From an uncultured Thermoplasmata archaeon (GTDB lineage: Archaea; Thermoplasmatota; Thermoplasmata; Halarchaeoplasmatales; Halarchaeoplasmataceae), in contig CAZRSB010000005.1 of NCBI GenBank assembly GCA_964602715.1, positions 1,105 to 65,104 of the forward strand: a stretch of 64,000 bases of DNA, written 5' to 3'. The notes below the pieces were generated by a model that was not told the DNA's origin, did no database searches, and saw nothing but the letters and a program-made list of their open reading frames with translations. Position numbers and translations under genes: made by a program. Positions 11,096 to 21,223 of the stretch are shown in pieces (the first letter of the stretch is position 1; each line of letters opens with the position of its first letter).

Positions 11096-11622
11096 GGAGA
11101 GATTCTATGTTGGTTTTGGATACAAGTGCCTTCATATCTCTCGGGATTTGCGATTGCGTCGAGATATTGTTGGACGAATTCGATGTTCATACTTCTAATG
11201 CGGTGATGGATGAGCTGGAGGAACTGAGCAGTTACGATGATTTGGAGGCTGAGATTGCGGAGAGATGGTTAAAGAGAAAAGATCAGTTGAATGTTCATCA
11301 GATAGGTGAGGCCGGTGAGTTCGATCACGGCAGGATCGATAGGGGCGAAGGATCCTGTGCTGTTCTAGCTAAAAAGACGGACGCTGAGTTTTTGATAACT
11401 GACGATGTAAGAGCCCTTCCTTTCCTCAAAAATATAGCTTTAACCGAAATTGTGATATCCCCTATCGTTCTGAAAGCGCTGGTGAAGAGAGGGTTGTTGA
11501 GTAATGACGAAGCTACGGAAAAACTAGAGAAGTTGATCGAGAAGAGAGATTGGTTTGAAACGCCAATCTATGAAAGGTCGTTAGAGTTTTTTGGAGACGT
11601 ATCTACGGACGATAGTTCCTAG
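11092..11622 (+). CDS. PIN-domain (VapC-like) toxin
   Basis: VLDTSAFI, DRGEGS, ITDD acidic PIN residues; probable start at MLVLD (11107). Confidence 0.8.
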   Translation: MRRDSMLVLDTSAFISLGICDCVEILLDEFDVHTSNAVMDELEELSSYDDLEAEIAERWLKRKDQLNVHQIGEAGEFDHGRIDRGEGSCAVLAKKTDAEFLITDDVRALPFLKNIALTEIVISPIVLKALVKRGLLSNDEATEKLEKLIEKRDWFETPIYERSLEFFGDVSTDDSS

Positions 11623-11760
11623 ATGTTTAGTCCCTTATAAGCCCCAAAAGTCGAGTCATTGACTATAAAAGGTTCGATATACGCCATCATTTTTAATATT
11701 AATTCATATAATAATCAAAGCCATATTATTCTAATTGTCTTAAATTAATAAAAATAACAA

Positions 11761-11770
11761 TATTTATATA
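11761..11770 (+). promoter_or_regulatory. TATA box of the aspartate/methionine operon
   Basis: TTTATATA preceded by an A-rich BRE-like stretch, ~28 nt upstream of ATG 11798. Confidence 0.55.
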
Positions 11771-11797
11771 CGTCCATATCTATCACTGCATGATAAC

Positions 11798-11911
11798 ATG
11801 TACATAGAAAAAGAATACAAAAAATTATCTACAAATGTTCAAAGAAGGTGGGGGACAGAGATAGAGAAAGAAAGGAGGGATCATTTTATGCCCCCGCCTG
11901 GGGGAAATTAA
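11798..11911 (+). CDS. 37-aa upstream ORF MYIEKEYKKLSTNVQRRWGTEIEKERRDHFMPPPGGN, candidate leader/arrest peptide
   Basis: Translated manually; starts near the expected TSS, ends in M-PPP-GG, and its stop abuts the aspartokinase frame. Confidence 0.45.
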   Translation: MYIEKEYKKLSTNVQRRWGTEIEKERRDHFMPPPGGN

Positions 11912-11930
11912 ACTAGATACAAATACAATC

Positions 11931-13115
11931 GTGCTGAAGATCGGTGGTTCGTGCCTAAAGGATGGAAATACGCTTAAAAATTCCATTAAGAGGATAGACT
12001 CCTGCATCAAAAATAATATAATTCCCATTGTAGTGGTTTCAGCTCTTAATGGGCTAACGGACCAACTGGTTCACATAGTTGAAAATAATATTGAGGAAAA
12101 TTCTTCTGTAAGAGATACGATAATATCTAAGGGAGAACAGTTCAGCGCGGAACTCATCGAATATATTTTAGATCACAAAGGATTAGAGTCCAAAAGCCTG
12201 AATTTAAGTGATGATGACTTTCCAATAATTACTGAGATGGAAGAACACGAGCTAAAAATAGATTTCGAAAAAACAATGTCTAAAGCAAAGGAAATACTGC
12301 CTTCTCTATTAAGTAAAGGGATCATACCTATCATTCCAGGTTTTGTTGGCAAAACAAATGATGGAGATATCCAAACTTTTGGGAGAGGAGGATCTGATAC
12401 CACTGCTATCATCATGGGGTCCATTTTATCAGTGGATGAAATAATTTTACTAAAAGACGTGCCAGGTATAATGAGATGTGATCCTAAAATAAGTCAAGAA
12501 GATAAAGTGATAGAAAAAATTGAAGCGAAAAAAGTGATGCACATTGGCAATAATGGAGGAGAAATAGTAAATCCTGAGGCTTTGAAATACAAAAACAACT
12601 CTACTGATATAAGAGTAGTAAATTTTGATAATGAAAATTTCCTAAAAGAAGGAACTAAAATAGTAGGAACTACAAGAAATTACGAGACTTTCACTGTTCA
12701 CGAGTCTCTCGCTATGATTTCTATAGTACCTAATGGCTCTACTAATAAAATAGATAAATATTTTGATCGATTAGGGAAAAATAAAATTGATTGCATTGAA
12801 AACTTCAAATCTAAAGAATATTGGTCAATCTGCCTAGAACAAGTAGAACTAGATAATGCGATAAGAGTTATTCATGATGAAATAAAGAGTAGTGATGATG
12901 AAATTGCGATCAGTCACGAAAAGGATATTGCTTTGATAGAGATAAAATTTGGTCCGAACATAGACTTAAATAAACATCTTTTCAAAATCCATAAAAAATT
13001 ATTCGAAAATTCTATAAGGATAATATCTACCAAGTTTGATAATCATGACCTTATTTTAACTATAAAAAATGAAGATTTAGAAGAGTTCATGAACGCTTTG
13101 GAGATGATAGCATGA
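11931..13115 (+). CDS. lysC: aspartate kinase
   Basis: LKIGGS, VVSA, GE, TFGRGGSDTTA, KDVPGI..DP, C-terminal ACT-like domains; the true start may be upstream (in-frame ATT at 11907). Confidence 0.88.
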   Translation: MLKIGGSCLKDGNTLKNSIKRIDSCIKNNIIPIVVVSALNGLTDQLVHIVENNIEENSSVRDTIISKGEQFSAELIEYILDHKGLESKSLNLSDDDFPIITEMEEHELKIDFEKTMSKAKEILPSLLSKGIIPIIPGFVGKTNDGDIQTFGRGGSDTTAIIMGSILSVDEIILLKDVPGIMRCDPKISQEDKVIEKIEAKKVMHIGNNGGEIVNPEALKYKNNSTDIRVVNFDNENFLKEGTKIVGTTRNYETFTVHESLAMISIVPNGSTNKIDKYFDRLGKNKIDCIENFKSKEYWSICLEQVELDNAIRVIHDEIKSSDDEIAISHEKDIALIEIKFGPNIDLNKHLFKIHKKLFENSIRIISTKFDNHDLILTIKNEDLEEFMNALEMIA

Positions 13116-14143
13116 AAGTTGGAATTGTAGGAGCGACTGGTTTAGTTGGACAGCGATTCGTTCAGTTACTGGAAGACCATCCTTATTTTGAGATATCTGA
13201 ATTAGTGGCTAGTGAAACCTCGGCAGGGAAGAGATATGAAGAAGCAATAGAGAATGAAATAAGGGATACTCCCGAGACAATTGGGAATAAACTAGTGAAA
13301 GACCTCGATGATGATCTGGACTGCAGATTAATATTTTCTGCACTACCAGCCAAAATAGCTAAAAAGATCGAGATTTCACTGATGGAAAAAGGATATGGAA
13401 TATTGACAAATGCTAGTGTACATAGGATGGCCCCCGATGTGCCATTATTGATTCCAGAGGTGAACTCAGATCATTTAAAATTGATAAAGGAACAGCAAGA
13501 AATCAAACATGACGGATTTTTAATAGCTAATCCAAACTGTTCTACAATACAATTGGCTTTAGCTTTAAAACCTATAGAAGAAAGTTTTGGTCTAAAAAAG
13601 ATAAACGTAGTAACTCTTCAGGCACTTTCTGGAGCCGGATATAAAGGTGTAGGTGCTTTTGAATCTGCTGATAATGTGATCCCATTTATACCTGGCGAAG
13701 AAAATAAAATAGAAGAGGAATTAAAGAAAATATTTGGAAAATTAAATGGAGATTGCATTGAAAAAGAGAAATTCATGACGAGTGCTTCTTGTAATAGAGT
13801 GAATATAACAGATGGTCATCTAGAAAATGTCTCTATTGAACTCAAAGAACAAACCGATATAGAAGAACTAAAAGAAATCATTGAAAATTTCACTCCATTA
13901 GAAAATGATTGTTTACCTACAGCTCCTGCTAAGCCCTTAATTTACATCGATGAAAAAGATCGCCCTCAACCAAGGATAGAACTTTCTAGTTTAGAAAAAT
14001 CGATGTCAGTATATATAGGAAGGTTGAGAAATGACCCTATTTTAGACTTCAAATTCATAATCTTAGGACATAACACTATCAGGGGAGCAGCTGGAGCGAG
14101 TATATTAAATGCTGAGTTATTGTATTCTAAAGGATTGATATAA
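13112..14143 (+). CDS. asd: aspartate-semialdehyde dehydrogenase
   Basis: GATGLVGQRF, NPNCS, QALSGAG, HNTIRGAAG. Confidence 0.93.
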   Translation: MKVGIVGATGLVGQRFVQLLEDHPYFEISELVASETSAGKRYEEAIENEIRDTPETIGNKLVKDLDDDLDCRLIFSALPAKIAKKIEISLMEKGYGILTNASVHRMAPDVPLLIPEVNSDHLKLIKEQQEIKHDGFLIANPNCSTIQLALALKPIEESFGLKKINVVTLQALSGAGYKGVGAFESADNVIPFIPGEENKIEEELKKIFGKLNGDCIEKEKFMTSASCNRVNITDGHLENVSIELKEQTDIEELKEIIENFTPLENDCLPTAPAKPLIYIDEKDRPQPRIELSSLEKSMSVYIGRLRNDPILDFKFIILGHNTIRGAAGASILNAELLYSKGLI

Positions 14144-14196
14144 AATAAATGGCATTAGTATATTTCCTATGAAATATATAAAATAGGAGTGATATA

Positions 14197-15303
14197 GTGA
14201 ATGAAGATAAATTAAAAAAATTGAAAATCGAAAATTTCAAATTCCGATCTGGGAAAAAGATCCCTCTCAGCATAGCATTTGAAACTTATGGGGATCTCAA
14301 TAATTCTAAATCCAATGCTGTACTGATATGTCACCCTCTGACCCACAGTTCCCATGTAGCAAAACATCATGAAGGGGATGAAAAAGGTTGGTGGAAAGAT
14401 ATGGTTGGTCCTGGAAAATACATTGATACTAACAATCACTTTGTTCTATGTGTCAATGTGCCAGGTAGTTGTTATGGAACTACGGGACCTTCATCTATAG
14501 ATCCTGATACTGGGAAACCTTATGGGTCAGACTTTCCAAAGGTCACGATATCGGATATGGTAAAAACTCAGAGATTAGTAATTGATAACCTGGGGATAGA
14601 TAAATTAAAATCGGTAATTGGGGGCAGTATCGGCGGTCAACAAGTTCTAGAATGGTCAAAAAGGTATCCTTCTAAGACTAAAAGTATAATACCTATAGCT
14701 ACAGCAGCTAGGGTATCTCCGATGTTATTAGGTTTTAGATACGTTTCACAAAATGCTATCCAGTCTGATCCAAACTGGTCAGGAGGAAATTATTATGATG
14801 AGAAAAAAAGCCCAAAATTGGGACTAAAATTCGCTAGACAATTAGGACATCTTACTTATCTTTCAAGGGAGGGGATGAAGAAGAAATTTGGGAGAAAGAA
14901 AATTGAAAAAGGCGGAGAAGTTGAATTTGAGGTCGAAAATTATCTGAAATATCAGGCGGATAAATTTGTAGAAAGGTTTGATCCTAACTCTTATCTATAT
15001 TTAACAGCAGCTATGAATAAATATGATCTCTCCAAAGGTTACGCAAATGATAAAGAAGCTGTTAAGGATTTTAACGGATTGGTTTACCTCCTATCAATAG
15101 ATTCAGATTGGCATTTTACTGTAGAAGAATCGGAGTATTTAGCAGAAGTGTATGAGCATACGGACTGTCTAGTGCTGCATGATACGATAGAAAGTCCACA
15201 CGGCCACGATGCATTTCTGATTGAAACAGAGAGATTAGGCAAAAAAATTCAGTTGCTTTTAGATTATCTGTCCGATGGTGGATTAGAAACATTTTTAAAT
15301 TAA
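14197..15303 (+). CDS. metX: homoserine O-acetyltransferase
   Basis: GSCYGTTGP, GGSIGG nucleophile elbow, DSDW, HGHDAFL. Confidence 0.9.
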   Translation: MNEDKLKKLKIENFKFRSGKKIPLSIAFETYGDLNNSKSNAVLICHPLTHSSHVAKHHEGDEKGWWKDMVGPGKYIDTNNHFVLCVNVPGSCYGTTGPSSIDPDTGKPYGSDFPKVTISDMVKTQRLVIDNLGIDKLKSVIGGSIGGQQVLEWSKRYPSKTKSIIPIATAARVSPMLLGFRYVSQNAIQSDPNWSGGNYYDEKKSPKLGLKFARQLGHLTYLSREGMKKKFGRKKIEKGGEVEFEVENYLKYQADKFVERFDPNSYLYLTAAMNKYDLSKGYANDKEAVKDFNGLVYLLSIDSDWHFTVEESEYLAEVYEHTDCLVLHDTIESPHGHDAFLIETERLGKKIQLLLDYLSDGGLETFLN

Positions 15304-15316
15304 TTGAGGTGAAAGA

Positions 15317-16288
15317 ATGGAAGAAAAAAAAGAAAAAATTGATGAAGTCTGTAAAAAAGAGGACAAACCAGTAACAATCGAAGCTATTCCTTATAGAGGT
15401 TCCAATTTAGATGAATATACAACCGAATTAAAAAAGACAGGGATTACTGAATTAGCAACTTTCATGAACATTTGTGATAACCCAGTAGGAAAGGTACATA
15501 CCGCCCCCATCTCTATAGCACATTTAATAAAAAACAGTTTAGGGATCACCCCTATAGTTCATATTACCTGTAAAAATTCGACATTGAGTTCCATCCAAAG
15601 AAGGTTTTTAGGTCTAGATGCCTTAGGAATAAATAATCTATTGATTGTTTCGGGTGATGGTCCTATCGGGGATTATAGAAATGAATACACCCCCTCTTAC
15701 ATGAATTCTATAAATTTGATAAAAGGAATCAAAGACCATCTCAACCAAGGTAAATTGATTCCTGATTATTCTAATAGAAGATATGTAAAAGAAAATACTA
15801 ATCAGATTGATGATAAAATTGAAAATTTTGAGATCGAAAATAATACGGATTTTACAGTTGGTGGGGTGATCATCCCTGAAAGAAAAGGCGAATTAGAATA
15901 TGCAAAGAACAAAATAGAGTGTGGGGTAGATTTTTTCCAAACTCAAATAGTATACGATAAATATCATATTTGCTCTTTCATCGAAGATCTTGATGCTGAA
16001 GTAAAAAATTGTCCTCCTATTTTATTAGGTGTAAGACCAATATCTTCATATGAAGAAATTAAGTTCATAGCTGACAATATCCCTCAAGTTAAAGTACCAG
16101 AAAGTCAATTAAAAGAGATAAGAAACACAGAAGATGTTAAGGAATTTTCTGCTGATATGATTTTAGAAATCATAAATTTTGTTTATGATAATATAGAAAG
16201 AAATACATCTGGAGTTGAATTAGGGATTCATATTATTCCCGGTAATAATTATGAAATCACAAAAAAGATAATAGAGGAGATAAATTGA
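15317..16288 (+). CDS. metF: methylenetetrahydrofolate reductase family protein
   Basis: NICDNP, VHITC, LIVSGD, DFFQTQIVYD MTHFR motifs; methionine operon context. Confidence 0.75.
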   Translation: MEEKKEKIDEVCKKEDKPVTIEAIPYRGSNLDEYTTELKKTGITELATFMNICDNPVGKVHTAPISIAHLIKNSLGITPIVHITCKNSTLSSIQRRFLGLDALGINNLLIVSGDGPIGDYRNEYTPSYMNSINLIKGIKDHLNQGKLIPDYSNRRYVKENTNQIDDKIENFEIENNTDFTVGGVIIPERKGELEYAKNKIECGVDFFQTQIVYDKYHICSFIEDLDAEVKNCPPILLGVRPISSYEEIKFIADNIPQVKVPESQLKEIRNTEDVKEFSADMILEIINFVYDNIERNTSGVELGIHIIPGNNYEITKKIIEEIN

Positions 16289-16869
16289 CGGATAGTGAGC
16301 TATATCCATGGGCTGGTGATTTTTCTACAGGAGATCTAAACTCTCCTATAGCAATTGTCACGTTAGCCGAAGATCTCGAATTTGATCCTGATAAAGTAGC
16401 TATATGGGGTCCTATGAGAACAGAGAACCTAGGAATAGAAAAGGTTGTAGCGAATACCATCTCTAATCCTAATATTAGATATTTGTTTGTGTGTGGTGAA
16501 GAGATAAAGGGACACAAATCAGGTAGGTCATTAATCGCTCTATGGAAAAATGGGATCGATAAAAGAGGTAAGATAAAAAAAGCTCCAGGAGCTGTCCCGT
16601 ATATAGAGAATCTTTCTTCAGAAGCTGTAGAACGGTTCCAAAATCAGATCGAAGTTGTAGATAAAATAGGAATAACTTGTGAAAGAGAAATAGAAGCTCA
16701 CATCGCAGATTATATTAAGAAAGAACCGGGCTCTTTTGAAAAACCTTATATTGCAATTAAAATAGAAAAAAAAGAAAAATCTATTATAGATACAGATTTT
16801 GCATTACATTCCTCATTAAAGGTGTCCGTATGGGGTAAAATTTCAAATATAGAAGAAGAGGTGAAATGA
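16285..16869 (+). CDS. mtrA: MtrA/MtxA-like corrinoid protein, no membrane anchor
   Basis: TENLGIEKVVANTISNPNIRYLFVCGEEIKGHKSG (His ligand), GAVPYIENL..EAVERFQ; hydrophilic C-terminus. Confidence 0.88.
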   Translation: MTDSELYPWAGDFSTGDLNSPIAIVTLAEDLEFDPDKVAIWGPMRTENLGIEKVVANTISNPNIRYLFVCGEEIKGHKSGRSLIALWKNGIDKRGKIKKAPGAVPYIENLSSEAVERFQNQIEVVDKIGITCEREIEAHIADYIKKEPGSFEKPYIAIKIEKKEKSIIDTDFALHSSLKVSVWGKISNIEEEVK

Positions 16870-17783
16870 TGTTCAATTATACTGAGGAGCAGAAATGCTG
16901 CGAGTTCGAAGAAGTAAAAATAGGAGGACAGCCAGGAGTTTTACCCACTCTTATGATAGGATCAATTTTTTACGAAAATCAATTTCAAGATTTAAAGACA
17001 TCTAAAAAGGAAGCGATTAAGCTGATTGAAGAACAAAGAAATTTGTCGAAGATCACCTCTGTACCGTCATTAGTCGATATTTTCATATATGAAAAAGAGG
17101 AGATAGATTGGAAACTAGATTTTGCCCTTGATAATATAGATGGTATGTTCAGTTTAGATATGCCCGAATCAGAGGTCAGGATCGAAGTACTCAAACGTTT
17201 GGATGAGATGGATGCTCTAGATAGGGTTGTTTATAATAGCTTAAACCTAGGGTTGACGGATGAAGAAGAAAAAAGATTAAGAGAGAAACCACCTAGATCC
17301 ACTATTTTACTAGGTTATAATCCACAAAAAAATAACACTCAGGGAAGATTAGAAATCATTGAAAATGGCGGTAAATTGATGGAAAAGGGTCTATTACCTT
17401 TAGCCGAAGATATTGGTATAGACTTCCCTCTTCTTGATACTGCAGCCACGCCCTTTGGGGAGAAGGCTTGTGAAGGGTTGAGAGCCATCCCTGTTTTCAA
17501 AAATGAGTTCGGCTTACCAACAGGTTGTGCTTTCCATAATACAGTAGAATCCTGGAATTGGTTAAAAAATTATGAAAAAAAAGAAGAAATTTTCAATGCT
17601 TTAGATACGTCAATAAACAACCTTCCAGTATTGTTTGGTGCAGATTTCATTTATTATGGTCCAATCGAAAATTCATCCATAGCACTTCCTAACATCGCGA
17701 TGATAAATAAATTATTGGCAGAAGGAGCAGAAGATTATTTTGGAGAGGATATAAATAAAAATCACCCATACTATTCACTTTAA
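16866..17783 (+). CDS. mtrH: MtrH-like methyl-pterin:corrinoid methyltransferase
   Basis: KIGGQPGVLPTLMIGSIFY, VYNS, LLDTAA, GLPTGCAFHN, GADFIYYGPIEN. Confidence 0.88.
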   Translation: MMFNYTEEQKCCEFEEVKIGGQPGVLPTLMIGSIFYENQFQDLKTSKKEAIKLIEEQRNLSKITSVPSLVDIFIYEKEEIDWKLDFALDNIDGMFSLDMPESEVRIEVLKRLDEMDALDRVVYNSLNLGLTDEEEKRLREKPPRSTILLGYNPQKNNTQGRLEIIENGGKLMEKGLLPLAEDIGIDFPLLDTAATPFGEKACEGLRAIPVFKNEFGLPTGCAFHNTVESWNWLKNYEKKEEIFNALDTSINNLPVLFGADFIYYGPIENSSIALPNIAMINKLLAEGAEDYFGEDINKNHPYYSL

Positions 17784-17957
17784 ATTTGTAGGAGGATAAA
17801 TCATGATAAGAGATAGAATAGATATAAAGCAGATAGATAAAAAGGTCGGTTCCATGTATTATTGTTTATCCTACCCTACAAATAAAATATCAAAAAATAT
17901 TTGTAATTCGAATAGTATTCATAAAGTATCTAAAATTATTAAAATGAAGGTGATATT

Positions 17958-18488
17958 GTGTTTTTAGAATATGAAACGTTGGTTAAAGAAATAAAGTCTA
18001 AACGAAAAGAACTAGGTTGGTCTCAGAAAAAGTTGGCTGAAAAAGCTGGAGTCTCTCAATCATTGATTGCTAAATTCGAGAGAATGGAAAATGTGCCAAA
18101 CTATGAATCCGTAAAAAAAATCTACCAGGTTTTACAAGAAGAAAAGGATATAGAATATGTTGGAGATTATGCTAATGAAAATATAATATCGATAAACAGC
18201 GATGATACGGTAGGTAAGGCTATCGACGTTATGCTAGAAAATGATTTTTCTCAACTCCCTGTAAAAGAAGAGGGTGATTACGTAGGTATGGTTTTAAGTA
18301 GTGATGTGGTTGGAGAGGATAGAGAAAAAAGAGTAAGGGATGTGATGAAAAACTCATTTCCTATACTGCCTGCTAAAAGTTCAAAATCAGTAGTCATCGA
18401 ACTCCTCAAAGAAAAAAAATACAATGCTGTTCTGATAAAGGATGAAGATAAAAATTGGAAAATTATAACTCCTGCAGATTTATTATAA
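17958..18488 (+). CDS. XRE-HTH plus CBS-pair transcriptional regulator
   Basis: RKELGWSQKKLAEKAGVSQSLIAKFE HTH followed by CBS domains (FSQLPV). Confidence 0.85.
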   Translation: MFLEYETLVKEIKSKRKELGWSQKKLAEKAGVSQSLIAKFERMENVPNYESVKKIYQVLQEEKDIEYVGDYANENIISINSDDTVGKAIDVMLENDFSQLPVKEEGDYVGMVLSSDVVGEDREKRVRDVMKNSFPILPAKSSKSVVIELLKEKKYNAVLIKDEDKNWKIITPADLL

Positions 18489-18599
18489 ATGATTCTTCAA
18501 CTCTATCTTTAACGAAAATTCATTCTCCACTTAAACCTCTATAACATCTCTCATTTGTATCACACAGTCATTGATTTATTTTTCTTCTGAATTATTGAA

Positions 18600-19490
18600 T
18601 ACTAACGTTTAGTGGAAATTTTCATTCCCACGCTCCATAGAATTTATTTAAATTCCGTGTAAATGCACAGCATTTGACAAGGACCTTCAGAGCTAATTCT
18701 CTCCATCTAAGCCAGCCTTACGACTGGAGATGTAGTCGTCCATCTTTGCTTTATAGAGTTAATAACTGCTTCTACGATCTCTCGATTGTGATATTAATCC
18801 AACCATTCTTCTTCTTCTTTTTCAGTAAATTCATAGAAAGAGGCCTTCTGTGCAGAACAATCTTTTGTTCTTCCAGTAGCGTTTTCACTGAAAGACAAGA
18901 ACGATTGTTCATTCTTATCATCTACTAACTGACAGTTTTGTCTACTAGAATAAGCACCGTCACACCTGACTTTTTCAACATGAGGAAGGTATTTGATCAA
19001 CCGTTCGAAGACTAGACTATCATGACTTTTCCCATCAGTGATTGAAAACTGATGGATTATACCAGTTTCAACATCGACAGCAATATGTAATTTTAAGTAC
19101 TCTTTCAGGCTGTTCTCTTTTTGGACTTTGATGTCAAACCACTTGGAGCTGTTAGTAGTACTGAAGCCAGTACTATCAACAGCTATGTTCATATTTCTTT
19201 TTCTAAACTCTTTGACAATAAATCGGATCAACTTTCTCAAATAGACCATACTAAGTTTATCTATACCTCTATGTAAGCAGGAATTATAAATTCCTGCGCT
19301 CTTAGGAAAATTAGTTATTTTACTATAAAAGGAGCCTAAGCATTTTTAAAGTAAGTTTAGGATATATCATATCTAGTCAAAAGAAATCCAGTCAAAAGAA
19401 ATAATGATCGCAGTTATTATATTGGAAAAAGGCTTCTTGAATATATGGAATACCGAGGGATACGGATTTGATTTATCTATTAGTCCTCTA
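18600..19490 (-). pseudogene. degraded IS5-like DDE transposase
   Basis: IAVDSTGF, KLHIAVD, HDS, DGAY; in-frame TAA at 18794 precedes YHNREIVEAVINSIKQR; broken N-terminal fragment (IPRYSIYS) near 19465. Boundaries approximate. Confidence 0.8.
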
Positions 19491-19686
19491 TGAAACCTTT
19501 AGAGGTAGAAAGAGAAGACAAAATTTATATTTAAAATCACAAACATATTTGGAAAGCGATACTTTGAATTAGAGAATATTAAAATCATTTAGAGTCTGAA
19601 AAATAAAATCTGTTTTTGATTCAACCGCGTAAAGGATACTGTTTAAAGGGCTTGGAGTATATCTCTTTAAATTTCATTGCTGACCA

Positions 19687-20979
19687 TTAGATTTCATTTA
19701 AGGCTTGGTCAACATCTTCAATTATGTCTTCTAAAGCCTCTATCCCTATTGATAAACGTATGAAATCCTCGGTTATACCACCTTCTCTTCGCTGTTTTGG
19801 TAATAATTGTGAATGAGTTGTACTCCATGGATGTATCGCTAATGATTTTGCATCCCCAACATTTGCTAAGTGGGAAAAAAGCTCTAAATTTTCTATAAAT
19901 TTTTTTCCAGCTTTACTTCCCCCTTTTATTCCAAACCCGACCATTCCTCCATAACCATTGTCTAAATACTTCTTTGCTAAATTATGAGTTTCATGAGTTG
20001 GTAGTCCTGGATAAGTAACCCATTTTATTTTGGGATGATCTTCAAGGAACTTAGCCACCTCTTTAGCATTCCTTGAATGTTTTTCCATCCTGAGATGCAG
20101 AGTTTCTAATCCCTGCAAAAATAAAAATCCATTGAATGGGCTCATACATGGTCCTAGGTCTCGAGTATATCGAGATTTTAACTTCATGATATAGGAAAGC
20201 TCATTGAATTCCTCTTGATAATTAATACCACCTCTATACCCTAAGTCAATCTCTGTAAGTTCAGGAAAATCCCCTTCATCCCAGTCAAAGTTTCCAGAAT
20301 CTACTACTATTCCTCCTATCACGGTTCCATGGCCTCCTATCCATTTAGTTGCTGAATGAGTTATGATATCTGCTCCCCACTTAATTGGATTACATAAATA
20401 AGGGGTTGCGAATGTATTATCTATGAAAAGAGGGATATCGTTTTCGTGGGCTACTGATGCGATTTCATCGATATCTAACACGTTTAGCTTAGGATTACCT
20501 ATGGTTTCACCAAAAACAGCCTTTGTTCTTGAATCGATTGCTTCAGAAAAATTCTGTGGCGATGGTTCAACAAATTCAACGTCTATTTCAAATTTGTTTG
20601 AAAAGGTCAGATCGAATAAGGTAACTGTTCCACCATATAATGTTTTAGATGCGACAATCTTATCGCCAGGACCAGCGATCGTAAGCAAAGCTAAAGTGTT
20701 CGCTGATTGGCCTGAGGCAGTGGCAGCAGCAGCTATCCCTCCCTCAAGAGCTGCTAATCTCTTTTCTAATATCTCATAGGTTGGATTAGTAAAACGGCTA
20801 TAGATCTGACCTGGAAATTCAGGAGATTCCAAACCAAACAGTTCGGCCGCTTGTTCAGTACTTTCAAATGTGTAAGCTACCGTAGGATAGATAGGTGGCG
20901 CTCTTGCCCGAGTAGAGGGATCCGGCTTTTGACCTGCGTGCAGTGCCTTTGTTTCAGGTCTATAATCTTCTTTTGACAT
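19687..20979 (-). CDS. metY: O-acetylhomoserine aminocarboxypropyltransferase (sulfhydrylase)
   Basis: [45 protein letters not shown]. Confidence 0.92.
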   Translation of the reverse strand: MSKEDYRPETKALHAGQKPDPSTRARAPPIYPTVAYTFESTEQAAELFGLESPEFPGQIYSRFTNPTYEILEKRLAALEGGIAAAATASGQSANTLALLTIAGPGDKIVASKTLYGGTVTLFDLTFSNKFEIDVEFVEPSPQNFSEAIDSRTKAVFGETIGNPKLNVLDIDEIASVAHENDIPLFIDNTFATPYLCNPIKWGADIITHSATKWIGGHGTVIGGIVVDSGNFDWDEGDFPELTEIDLGYRGGINYQEEFNELSYIMKLKSRYTRDLGPCMSPFNGFLFLQGLETLHLRMEKHSRNAKEVAKFLEDHPKIKWVTYPGLPTHETHNLAKKYLDNGYGGMVGFGIKGGSKAGKKFIENLELFSHLANVGDAKSLAIHPWSTTHSQLLPKQRREGGITEDFIRLSIGIEALEDIIEDVDQALNEI

Positions 20980-21223
20980 TTTTATTCGACCTCATTTACA
21001 TTTTTTACTTCTAAAAGCAAAACGATTATATAAATATTTTCTATTTTATTAAATTGTTGATATTAGAATAATATCTCTTCGTACATTATTCGAATAGAGA
21101 AATATAATTCAATTAGGAATGGTTGGATAAGTTGATTCATCTAAATATCCATATAATAGTCTCTCTATTTAATGTTTCACTTCAGGACAAGTTTCCCTAT
21201 ACTTAAATTAAAAGGTGAATAAG

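Noticed and set aside
16285..17783. Evidence of methanogenesis or Na+-pumping Mtr
   Set aside because: No mtrB-G or mcr in the window, MtrA lacks its anchor, and the context is methionine synthesis.
19376..19402. Tandem AGTCAAAAGAAAT duplication
   Set aside because: Lies inside a decayed IS; most likely neutral slippage.
20996..21001. ATG-TAA minigene upstream of metY
   Set aside because: A six-base match in AT-rich DNA is expected by chance; no other support.
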